Assembly: GCA_965153455.1 (NCBI GenBank)
Contig: OZ234493.1
Coordinates: forward strand, 16,420,213-16,484,212
Length of the DNA stretch: 64,000 bases
Direction: 5' to 3'
DNA from: Sphagnum compactum
Taxonomy: Eukaryota
The notes below the pieces were generated by a model. The model had not been told where the DNA came from and searched no databases. It saw nothing but the letters and a program-made list of their open reading frames with translations. Below are positions 26,906-38,998 of this stretch, in pieces. The stretch's first letter is position 1; each line of letters begins with the position of its first letter. Made by a program: the position numbers and the translations under genes.

Positions 26906-29653
26906 ATGGAAGGTCGTAGCCGGTAAGTGATTCTCTTCCCTTCCCCCCCCCTTCTCTCTCTCTTTTCTGGTCCCTTATTGCGGTTCACGATTGTGCGATG
27001 TTTTGTTGCTTAGATCTGTGACTTCATTTTCTTCTCTGTGTGTCGAGAGGATTGATTAGCAGCGAGCGATGTTTTTTTCTGTTTGGATCTGTGACTTCCT
27101 TTCTTCTCTGTGTCGAAACGATTACTAGCATAGGATGTTTGATGTATCGATCCAGCGATGTTGCTGCTGCCTTAATGATGAAGAGTAGTAGTAAGCAATA
27201 GGATCTGCAGAAGGTAAATTAGAGGTGAGCAAGAGTGATTGGAGTTTGGAAAGTATGGCAAGTGCAGGGTGTTATGCAAGTTCTTCATGCATGGAGCGTG
27301 TTTGAAAGGAGAAGATTGCATGTTCTCTCATAGCTGGAGTGACCAGGCTAGCCAGGTAAGTAAAGAGCATCGTCTCTCCTAACAAGCTTCATGCATCAAA
27401 GTGTTTCCTTTCAGGAAATTATGCTCACAGCTTTCAATTTGCGCATGGCTTTGGTTTTCTCCTCAATTAGAACATTGTTTTTTCAGTGGTCCTGTCATGT
27501 GTGTGTACTGATTGTTGTATGATCATGTGCAGGTATGCACATTTTATCAGCGTGGCCTTTGTTCTTATGGCAGTCATTGCAGGTATGAGCATGTAAAACT
27601 CTCCCATCCAGTGTCAAATAATCCTCTCCTTCCCCTACCAAGACCTTCAGTGGTAGCTTTTAACTCATCTCCAGACACAAGTAGGGCAGAAGAGAGCTCA
27701 AGCAATACCCATACACAAAGTGCCTGGCAACTCACAGAAGGCAAGGCTAATCTGGGTCCCCGATTTCTGGAAGAAGATGATGAAAAGGATGTTGAAGAGA
27801 TTGAAATGCCAACGTCCAACGACCCGAGTGAGATGCCAATCTGCGCGTTTGCAGCTGCTGGCATATGCCCTCGGGGTGATAACTGCCCGCAGATTCATGG
27901 TGAATTGTGCCCAACTTGTGGGAAGCATTGTTTGCATCCATTTCGTCCATCAGAACGTGATAACCACAGCCAGCAGTGTGAACGTAACCAGAAGAAGCTT
28001 GAGGCACTTCGCAAGAGCCAAGAAATCGAATGCAGTGTCTGTCTGGAGCGGGTGCTTTCAAAGCCAACAGTTGCTGAGCGGAAATTTGGATTAATGTCAG
28101 GCTGTGATCATCCATTTTGTGTTGGCTGTATACGGGGTTGGCGGAGTGGTTCTCATGCACCAGGGATGGACATTGATACTGTTGTGCGGGCCTGCCCAGT
28201 TTGTCGAGTAGCTTCACATTTTATAGTCCCAAGTGTTGTTTGGTACTCAAGTTCGGAAGAAAAGGAGGATATAATCAACGGCTATAAGAACAAGCTCAGG
28301 TGTGTGCATGAGAACCTAAAGCTGTTTGTTCTATTTGATGTCCCTATCACGACTTGAGGTTTTATTACCCATCTGACATACTACTTGACAGATGGTAACC
28401 TGATACGTAATTGCCCTTTAAGGTCATACTCACCCTATAATTGATCAGTCTAATGACCAGCCAGCTGGTTGGATTTTGACTTGGAAGATTGGTGCAGCCA
28501 CTCTGGTAGGCTTGTCATGTGGCTGCACCCAGCGGTGACCATCAGTCTTTTATTTGGTTGGGTGCCTGATTTGTCAACATTTGTGTATATAGATTGTGCT
28601 CTGATTTGTCATAGGTGGGTGGTGTGTTGCACATTAAATGACTGGTGTATGCCCTCCTTTTCCATCCCTTGAACAATTCAAGCAATCAAGGAGATCAAGT
28701 GGACCCAAAAGTCCATATTGGTCTCTAGGTGTTTGCATTCTTATGTGAGAACATATAGAATGCTTTACCTTAGCTCCTGATGCACACACATGTAAAAATA
28801 CATGCACAATGTTTTTGTAATTGAATGTTAGGGGTGTATTTGTGTGTGCAGTGATATTGATTGCAAGTATTTTGACTATGGAAATGGAACCTGTCCTTTT
28901 GGAACTAGCTGCTTCTATAAGGTAAGGAAACCAGCTTTTTTTGTTCTCTGTCCTCTGTGCAACTCAAATTGTTATGTCAGAGTGTAGCTGACCCCCATGT
29001 GACCATGTTGTCTTAACACCATTTGACAACTCCAGTTGGCATCAGATGGTCCTGCTCAGGATTTTGCATATTTAGCTGGTTTCATATGTTGAATTTCCTT
29101 CATGTGCAGCATATGTTTAGAGATGGAAGTAGGGAGGAGGTGAAGTTACGTCACCTTGGTGCTGCTGATGGGAACACTGTCATTGCCAAAAATGTTCGGT
29201 AAGCTTTTCAGGCTCCCCTTGCTGAAAGGTTTTCTCCTTTTTTTTTGTCCGATCCTTAGGAGCTTTGTGGTTTTCATGAAATTCTTAACATCTTTGGTCA
29301 GGATGTAAGATGACCAAAGATGCATACATCATTTTAAGCTCAAGACTACCCTGCTGTGATTTTTTGTGGCTTCCTGACTGCAATCGTCCATGTTCTTTGA
29401 TATCAGACCTTAAGTGTGCTGCAGTTAGGTCAAGGGAGAAATTATTCTGGCAGATAAAGGGTTTGAGTGTTGCAACTTCTGAAAGCTTCTGCCCTCTCTA
29501 ATGTCGGAGAGGATTTCATTCTATTCTGCATTTTGAAGGTTATGTGCCACTTGTTGTAATGGTTTGCAGTTTTTGAATCCAATGTTGTTTTGATTTTGTC
29601 TTCATATGGACAGGTTATCAGACTTCTTGGACAGATTGGATATTGCCAGGTGA
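26906..29653 (+). CDS. MKRN: E3 ubiquitin-protein ligase makorin (C3H zinc fingers + RING); exons 26906-26922, 27268-27355, 27533-28299, 28852-28921, 29110-29198, 29614-29653
   Basis: C3H fingers [40 protein letters not shown] and [19 protein letters not shown]. Makorin Cys-His motif, [12 protein letters not shown]...[21 protein letters not shown]...CPVCR, and final finger [23 protein letters not shown]. Phase-consistent GT-AG junctions. Confidence 0.95.
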
Positions 29654-32129
29654 ACTGGATGGATGAGAATGCAAGCGGGAACCAACATGGAGACCCAGCT
29701 TGCCAAAAATACTAATATGACAGGAAGGACCAAGTATCTAAGGGCTTTTGACACAATAACTGCACACAACATGTGCATTCATAATCTGTAAGCTTTTTAC
29801 TTTGCCCCAGCAATTCTACCTGCACTCAAACAGGTTGCCTGACTGATCTATGGGGTAGTAAAGATTCATACCCTGTTGTCCAGATATCATGATCTGGGCA
29901 GAGATGGTAGTTGTGTTATCAAATAAGTTACAGGGTTGTCTGACTGATCAATGGGTATTTTATATATACTTCTCTACACCCACTATTGGGAGCTGATGAA
30001 GTGAGTAGGGTGTCATGGCAGCTAGTCATAGCTATTCATAGTGAAATTGATTGTCTGATACTTTGCAAGTGACACTTGTAATGTTACGACGAGACTGGTT
30101 TTCATCATCTGATATCATCCTGGTGATATTTGCTTGTTTTAGATATGATCTGAGGATGTGAATTTGCGAACAAGGAGGGGAGAATATTAAAGGCCTCGGA
30201 AGTACTTTGTTTACAACTGCCAAAGAATTTGAATAGACAGTGAGATGTGCAGTTGTCATTGAGACTTAAGGTGTGTTGTATTCAATGCATTCATTGAACT
30301 TTTGTTGTCCTCCACCTGAAATGTCAGGTGTCTATTATCTGAGCTATTACAGTAAAAAAACTCTTCAAATCTGTGTCAGCTTCTCTGCAATGAAAATGCC
30401 AGTGTGCATTGCACCTTCAAAAGTTAGTTTCTTGGATGGAGCACATTCTTTTCTCTCTTCAGAAGAATGGAATGCTAGTAGTATGAGATGTTTTATGACC
30501 TCGTCATTTAATTCATTGCTAGGATATGGGACTCAGAAGTTTGGTTCTACTGAATTTAGAAGCACACTTGTTGTGTCAGCATGGACATCTAAAATTATTT
30601 TACAGGATCTTCAACCTTGCAGGCCTTAGCAAGATTGCGTAATTCTTAGGGTGTTGAAACAAAGTTGGATGACTCATACACCCAGTACCTCGTGACCCCA
30701 ACTCCATTAGAACAAGGTTGGCTACAATGTTCAAACATCCAGAATGACAATTGTACAATGGTGAATTTGGGTATTTTTCTAAGTATTGTGAAGCCATCTC
30801 CACCAAGATAGAATATCCCTTGCACTATGTTTTAATTTGTGGATTTATGTCCCAATTCACCTATCCCACCAAATCTGGTCCAACCTCTAAAGCCCAAGAT
30901 TGGAATCGGTGAAAATCTCTCTTTTGCCTCCAAATTGTAACTCAATTCAAGATTAGCCACCATGGCCATGGAATTCGAATTCATGAAATCACATTGCCCT
31001 TAATGAGCATCCATGGCATCAACAACTTTAGTTGTTTCGGACATGGTTCACATATGCCCTTATTTCAAGGGAAAAACATTTTTTTGTTAAAGAAGAATGC
31101 CAACTTTGTTGCAAGTTCCTTCACAATAACATGAGGGATTGACAAAGAAGCAACACATTCTAGGATGGGGTGTGATGACTACAAGTTAAAAGAACATATT
31201 TGTTGAGCTGCGACACCTACTTTCCCAGAAGGAAGTGAGGAATGCTAAAACATGACATTGCAAAGTTTTATGGTTATGTGGTTGTGTTGAATGAATCTAT
31301 GAACTAATTTGAAAAAGACACTCTACATAAAGTGGTGGACCTTCAAAGTGGTGGACATTCTCCAAGCTTGGTGATTTAATGAAAATCTTTAGTTGTTGTC
31401 TTTAGAATGTTATAGGAATATAGTGTAGGTTGCACTTCTCTATTCAAGAACTTCGCAAAATAATGACTTGTAAACTTAATACACATCACAAATTGTCAAT
31501 GACTATATTACAAATGATACAAAATGTTTTGTAAATTCAAGGTTGTGATAATTACTCATACAAATATTTTTCTAAAACATATTTTAGCCACAACTCTAAT
31601 TCAAGATTTATGTTCTAAGCTTTCAATCTAATATGCACAAATGGAAACTTTTGGATTTAGAAGTTGGCTTACCATATTGGATTTCACATAAAATTATCAT
31701 ATTTGCATGATATTTCCAAAATGTGATTGCAAATATGATACTTCCCACAATCACAAAAAAGGGAAGTATTGTTGATAGTGTCCATTTTAACATCTAGTCA
31801 TTTGTTTAGGGGGGAAAGAGGGGGGGGGTCCCTAAATAAATTGATGATACCTTGTTACCACGTATAGTTGGACATTCATATTGAATCTTTTGATAACCTT
31901 GTTAACATGTTTGTGTTGTAACATATGTACATATATAGATTATAATAACTTCAACATAAACTTAGTAATATTTCAAATCTAGTTGAAGAATTGTGGATTA
32001 GTTGTATGCTTGATGTAAACTTTTTGAAAACCCATTTACATATAACATTATTCTAGTGATGTAGGAATTGATTATATGGGGTTCTTTGCAAAAGGTTTTG
32101 TATGTCACTTTTACATGACCATTCTAGTC

Positions 32130-32458
32130 GTATGGTCGTCCTTGGAACCATTCCAAAGACAATTTCGAAATAACTACCTCATTTTCAAGTTTAACTACTT
32201 CATAACTACTTTCTTTCCTATTAACTTTCATAATAAGTATTTCTCACCTTTCCTAATAACTACTTCTATTTTATAACTACCTCACTCCTTTTTCCTATCC
32301 ACCAACATGGATTTTAAAATAAAAATTAACATGTGTCTTTTCATGTCCATGAATTTTAGATTAATTTAAATTAAATTGATATTGACATAAATACATGAAA
32401 ACATTTATTTTAAAAATAGTTGAATGTCACTAGTAGTGTGCAACAACGTGGAAGTCAA
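32130..32458. repeat. Dispersed MITE-like repeat end, inverted copy of 10638-10990
   Basis: Reverse-complement similarity to 10638-10990 over about 330 bp. Confidence 0.7.
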
Positions 32459-33244
32459 ATGTAATACATATGATTAGTTATTGTAAAAATTTGAGACAAT
32501 GGTTACAACATGGATTCCTTTCAAATCTATGAAGAATATGACTATCATTCCGAGTTTTAGTAATCTTCAAACCCATAATTAGAAAACTATTAATTTCCAA
32601 GAAAATTGTTTCTAATGTCATGAAATTTAATGTAAATTTCCATGCAATACAATCTATTCAAATAGTTGCACATTACAAACATTTCAAAGTATAACCTTTT
32701 TTTAAAAACTTTTTTACAAATATGTATGTGACCTTGGATGCAAGTAAGAATGGATACTTACAAAACCAATGAATAGGTGCCATTTTCCCAAGGCGAGATG
32801 TATTTAGTTATATTATTATCCACAACATATATTCCCCCCCCCCCCCCCCCCCCCCCAAATGTGGTGTGTTTATGTTTGTCGCATTGAAGATTCCATTAAA
32901 GTTGCTTTGATCAATTGCATCAATAATTTTGAATAAATGATATTTCAAATTCCATGCGCCAAAACATGAACTATTGTAGCATTGAAATGGAAGTACTCTA
33001 AATCCCATAAAAATTCTAAAAGATCTATGAAAAGTAATTGTGATAAGCGAATGATTAAGAAGGCCAAATCCTAGTAACAACAATTGTGTTGAATGACAAC
33101 ATATATTATAAAAAATTGTGAAACTTTGAGTTTATGGACCTATTGGAATACCTTTCCACATTTACAAAAACGATAAATTAATTAAATGGACAAATGTTAC
33201 ATTAAATATACATGTTGAATTTAATCATATAATGAATATACAAA

Positions 33245-36200
33245 TCACATCCTTTTGGAAGTGGAGCCAAATCTTTTCCATAGTGCGTTGAAAGGTTCTT
33301 GGATTAATGTGGCAATATATTGCAATCCTTTCTTTTTGTTCAATCCTTCCAAACGCTGCAAAACTTCTTGCATTTTCGGTCTTTGATTTGGGTCTTCCTG
33401 TAAGAAACAAATGTCATAAAAGTTAGATGTTTATTATATAATTGTTATACATTACAATCAAACCATGGCAAAATGCTCCAATAAATAGGACCATATGTTC
33501 ATGTCTCAATTTTCATAACATAATTTGAACATATATCCTTCAAAAAGGAGTGTAGAAACCAACTTATATTTGTATTCAACAACACAATTTTATGTTATTT
33601 GAAACTAGGATACTCAAATTGACTTTACATATCAATCATGCAAATGGTTTAAGGAATTCCAAATGAAATTGAATGTACCATTTGCATGTGCAAACCTTCT
33701 TAAGAAGTTTTACATTCATTAATCAATCCAATTTAACTTATTTCACTAGTAGAAAAAGCGTGGTTTAGTCACAAACAACATTTGCCACTAAAAGTTAACT
33801 TAGTAGCAAATGACAAATTAGGAACGACGCTAGTTGCAAACAACATATGAAATATTTGTTTTCATAGAATACACGTATGACAATTTTACACATGTATCCA
33901 AGGATGAGTTCTTGCGACTACACTTACAACTACAATGTACAGCAATATGTTCACACCTGGTAACCTAAGAATGTAACACATGGCATCATTTGAATTTTTT
34001 TCAACTATTCAATTAAAGCAATTTTATTGTGCCATGTGGTGGCTTAAGATTGAACGACGTGACAACTCAAAATTTATAATCATTTAAGGTTAATTTAAGG
34101 TTGGACCACTTATGATAGGCCAATTGGCACTTGAGCTAAGCCTAGGTTAGGCCACCTAACCTAAGTAAGTGCCTAATGTACCTAACCTGATTTCAAGGTA
34201 AACCATTTAAAATAGGCCATGTGGCACCTAGGCTATGCCTAGGCCACTTAGCCATTGTCTAGCTTAGGTAGGTAGGTACTTAGGTCTAGGTCTAAATTGT
34301 TACAACAAAATCCAATTTTATTTTAAATTTAACCTATTATGTGGAGCGTATGTGATTAGCTCCTCCCATATGGCAACTAAAAAAATTTAATGTGTTTACA
34401 CCAAATCAACCTATTTATATAGTTTGTAAATTTGAAATGGAAGACAAACAATATGGGATAAAATTTTATCTATAGCTCTTAGTCGCATAGTTCTAACCTA
34501 GTTGCAACTATTCTTTAAGATATACTATTACATAGCCTACCTACTAGGTAGCATAAGTTTTTACTAGGTAATAATTTAGATAATATTTATTGGAAGTCAA
34601 AATTTAAATAGTTTTAAAATAATTATTTATTTAAAATGCCTATTTAGATAGCCTCTAAATAAATATTTATAATTAAATAGGCCTATTAAGTAGCTAGTGG
34701 ATACGTAGGTATGTATGTAGGTACCTAATAAATAGCTAGGTAGCTAGGTAGATAAATGGTACATAGGTAGGTGTACATATTAGGTAGGTAGGGTATATGC
34801 ACCTAGTAAATAAATAGGTAGGTAGTAGGTAGGTATTTAGTAATTACGTAGGTAGGGATGTAAGTGGTATGTACATAAATACATAATAGGTAGGTATATG
34901 GTACATATGTGGGTACCTAGTAATTAAGTAGGTAGGTAGGTAATTAGGTAGGTAAGCATTTAGTAGGTAGGTATATACATATAGATAAATATGTATTATT
35001 AAATAATCTATATGTGTAGTTACTAGGTAACATATGTACCTTATGTACTTATAATGTAACTATTTTGGTTGCATGTGCAACTAAATGTATATATGATGTT
35101 GTAAAAATAAAAAAACATCATGAAAAATCAACCTATTGAAAAGATGAAATAGGTCCTAATTGCAACCTAGTTGAAAAGAAGACCAAAATCCATCCAAATT
35201 TGAAAATTAGTTTCAAAGGCAACCATTCATAGTTATAAGCGACATTTAGTCGCACATAGTCACACAAGGAATGGTTGCAAATGACAAGATTTCTATTAGT
35301 GTTTCATATTGTTTCAAATATTACATTGAATCCATGATTTTAGGTTTTTGAAATTTGCTTGACCACAAATTGAATGATAAAATAAAAGATTTGGCACAAG
35401 ATTTACCTTGATGCATTGAAGGGAAATTTGCAAAAATGATTTGGCTTCATTTCGATCAAACCCAACAATTGAATTATTAATTGCAACATCAAAAATTTGT
35501 TGAAATCCATCTTCTTCCTCTTGAACCTCTTGTACCCATTGGATAAAGTGGCGAATGTGAATTTCATTTCCATCTAAAGTCAATGGTGATCCATTCACAA
35601 GTCGAATCAACAATACTCCAAAGCTATACACATCACTTTTTGTTGATGCTTGATTTGAATGAATTTCTGGTGCCATATATCCGCTTGTTCCTGGCCTAGA
35701 AGTTGAAGCTAATGCAATCTGAATTTAAAATTTCAAAAATATCAATAATTTCAATGGGCGTTGCATGCATTGTCAAAATTCATAAAACCCATACCCAATA
35801 TGGTATAATACCAATAGGAAACTTGATTTTTTTTTAATCACAAAAGTTGCAATCCTTTTGTTATTACTTGTGCACACATAAAAAGAAATTTTGTAATATA
35901 AAATTTGTAATTTCATGAATTATTACATTAAGTGTTTTTCAAATATTCATTTTACATTGTGATTGTTTATCATATTTATTCCATGACCTATAATAATGAA
36001 AATATAAAATTATTAAATTGTGGCCCACAAGAGTGTTCAAATTTGCAAAGTTCATAATTGCACTAAAATATAATGCCCATGCATTTAATCAACAAAAAAA
36101 TAATGGTGGGGCACATACCACATTTTCATTCGTGCCATGTAAAATTTTTGCCAACCCAAAATCAGCCAATTTTGGGGTGTAATCCTTATCCAAAAGGATA

Positions 36201-38314
36201 TTTCCTGGTTTGATGTCAAGATGAACAATGGTTGGATCACATTTATGATGCAAATGTACCAATCCTCGAGCGACCCCTATAATGATGCATATTCGTTTGT
36301 CCCAATCCAAACGTTTATCTCCATCAAGCCATTTGTCAAGAGATGAATTTGAAATGTATTCATAGACCAACATGTGTTTTAAGCCTTTGATACAATAGCC
36401 CAAAAGATGAATCAAATTCATATGTCGAATTGATCCCAAGGTGTTCATTTCTGATACGAAAGATTTTTTTGCACCTTCATTATGTTCACCACTCCATTCC
36501 AAAACTTTAATCGCAATCGTAATGCCTTTCCAACAACTTTGATACACCTCACCATAGGCTCCTCTCCCCAAACTAGGTCCGAAATTCAATTCATCGTATG
36601 TAAAAGATCGAATACTCGAATTTAATGGCAACGATTCTATTATCGGTTGGTATTCATCGAACATCCATTTCAACCATTTTCGATCTTGTTCATCATTTGG
36701 TGTGAGATTATGAAGTTTATCGATCGCTTCCAATGCTGCTTGATATTTGTTTAAACTCCAATTCATGTGGGCATAAACTATTAAAGTGAATGCATTGTTT
36801 GGTTCAAGAACATGAGCCTTGTCAAGGTCCTCCAAGGCTCCTTGATAGTCATCCAGGTTCCTTTTAATAGCTCCACGATGTCGCAAAGTGAATGCGTTGT
36901 TTGGTTCAAGAACATGAGCCTTGTCAAGGTCCTCCAAGGCTCCTTTATAGTCATCCAACATCCTTTTGACCTCTCCACGAACACTCAAAGTCAATGCATT
37001 GTTTGGTTCAAGAACATGAGCCTTGTCAAGGTCCTCCAAGGCTCCTTGATAGTCATCCAACATCCTTTTGACATCTCCACGATGTCGCAAAGTGAATGCA
37101 TTGTTTGGTTCAAGAACATCAGCCTTGTCAAGGTCCTCCAAGGCTCCTTGATAGTCATCCAACAACCTTTTGACCTCTCCACGACTCCTCAAAGTGAATG
37201 CATCATTTGGTTCAAGAACATCAGCCTTGTCAAGGTCCTCCAAGGCTCCTTGATGGTCATGCAATATCCTTTTGACATCTCCACGAGCACTCAAAGTGAA
37301 TGCATTGTTTGGTTCAAGAACATGAGCCTTGTCAAGGTCCTCCAAGGCTCCTTGATAATCATGCAACATCCTTTTGACCTCTCCACGACTCTTCAAAGTG
37401 AATGCATTGTTTGGTTCAAGAACATGAGCCTTGTCAAGGTCCTCCAAGGTTCCTTGATAGTCATGCAACATCCTTTTGACCTCTCCACGAACACTCAAAG
37501 TGAATGCATTGTTTGGTTCAAGAACATGAGCCTTGTCAAGGTCCTCCAAGGCTCCTTGATAGTCATGCAACATCCTTTTGACCTCTCCACGACTCCTCAA
37601 AGTGAATGCATCATTTGGTTCAAGAACATCAACCCTGTCAAGGTCCTCCAAGGCTCCTTGATAGTCATGCAACATCCTTTTGACCTCTCCACGAACACTC
37701 AAAGTGAATGCATCGTTTGGTTCAAGAACATTAGCCTTGTCAAGGTCCTCCAAGGCTCCTTGATAGTCATCCAACATCCTTTTGACCTCTCCACGAGTGC
37801 TCAAAGTGAATGCATCATTTGGTTCAAGAACATGAACCTTGTCAAAGTCCTCCAAGGTTCCTTTATAGTCATCCAACATCGTTTTGACCTGTCCACGAAT
37901 CCTCAAAGTGAATGCATTGTTTGGTTCAAGAACATCAGCCTTGTCAAGGTCCTCCAAGGCTCCTTGATAGTCATCCAACTTCCTTTTGACCTCTCCACGA
38001 TGTCGCAAAGTGAATGCATCGTTTGGTTCAAGAACATTAGCCTTGTCAAGGTCCTCCAAGGCTCCTTGATAGTCATCCAACATCATTTTGACAATTCCAC
38101 GATTCCTCAAAGTGAATGCATCGTTTGGTTGAAGAACATCAGCCTTGTCAAGATCCTCCAAGGCTCCTTGATAGTCATCCAACATCCTTTTGACAATTCC
38201 ACGAATCCTCAAAGTGAATGCATCGTTTGGTTGAAGAACATCAGCCTTGTCAAGGTCCTCCAAGGCTCTTTGATAATCATCCAACATCCTTTTGACCTTT
38301 TCACGAACATTCAA
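33245..38314 (-). CDS. TPR-array / RLK-Pelle-type non-RD Ser/Thr kinase fusion; exons ~38314 (first ATG 38287)-36119, 35718-35407, 33397-33245; 5' end uncertain
   Basis: 15 near-identical 34-aa TPR units plus one divergent capping unit, then a kinase with LGRGAYGEVY, IAIK, HLDIKPGNILLD, ADFGLAK, GTSGYMAPE, KSDVYSFGVLL and CIK|EDPNQRPKM. Both introns are phase-0 GT-AG. About 877 aa from ATG 38287 with no internal stop. Confidence 0.88.
33744..35301. mobile_element. Non-autonomous CACTA (En/Spm) element in the last intron of the TPR-kinase gene
   Basis: Starts CACTAGTAGAAA and ends TTTCTATTAGTG, with 3-bp TSD TTT on both sides. Subterminal tagtcgca/tagttgca repeats, internal (TAGG)n-like low complexity and no ORF. 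Confidence 0.88.
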
Positions 38315-38356
38315 AGTGAATGCATTGTTTGGTTGAAGAACATTAGCCTTGTCAAA
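36683..38356 (-). repeat. Homogeneous coding tandem array, 102-bp unit, about 16 units (TPR)
   Basis: Plus-strand unit caaagtgaatgcat.gtttggttcaagaacat.agccttgtcaaggtcctccaaggctccttgatagtcat.caacatccttttgacctctccacga repeats at an exact 102-bp period. Confidence 0.97.
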
Positions 38357-38953
38357 GGTTGAAGAATATCAACCTTGTCAATGTTCTCCAAAGCTCCTTG
38401 ATAGTCATTTGACATCCCTTGTACATTTTCATGAGTCTTCAAAGGGATTGCCTTGTTTTGTTCAAGAACATCACCCTTGTCAGACTCCTCCAAAGCTCCT
38501 TGATAATCATCCAACATTCTTTTGACCTTTGCACGAATTCACAAAGTGAATGCATCGTTTGGTTCAAGAACATGAACCTTGTTAAGGTCCTTGAAAACTC
38601 TTTCATAATTGTTTAACACATGTTTGACATATTAATAAAAATCCCTAAAATATGTGCAATGCTTGGTTTAATAACATCATGTTTGTCAAAGTCTTCAAAA
38701 GTTTTTTCATCTTCCTTGAAGACCTTTTTTTTCATGTGCACAAGTTCTTAAACTTAATGCACTTTTGGTTCATTGAAGATAAACCTTGTCAAGGTCTTTC
38801 AAGGCTACTTGATAATCTTTCAACACCTTTTTTTCATATTTTCCACGTGTGTTATTTAATTGATTCCATTGTTTAATTCATGAATACTAGCCTTGTGAAC
38901 GTCTTCCATGGTTTTTTCATAAGCATTTCATTTGTCAAGAACATGAAATAATG

Positions 38954-38955
<2 letters not shown>
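38357..38955 (-). pseudogene. Degenerate upstream TPR units (about 5-6) with a stop and frameshifts
   Basis: Recognisable DYQGALE/DLNKVHVLEPNDAFTL*/EDFDKHDVIKP/DYQVALKDLDK fragments lie in shifting frames. A 26-nt partial duplication at about 38330-38380 puts them out of frame with the main ORF. Confidence 0.8.

Positions 38956-38996
<41 letters not shown>
38956..38996. repeat. (TA)n microsatellite
   Basis: About 20 uninterrupted TA units. Confidence 0.95.

Positions 38997-38998
<2 letters not shown>

Noticed and set aside
36683-38356. CRISPR array or TAL effector interpretation of the regular repeat
   Set aside because: There are no unique spacers or cas genes and the context is eukaryotic. 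Units lack the TALE LTPxQVVAIAS consensus and fit the TPR consensus.
36812-38362. 516-aa plus-strand ORF
   Set aside because: Antisense shadow of the 102-bp TPR array: one stop-free unit repeated gives a long ORF automatically. The minus frame matches the TPR consensus and continues into a kinase.
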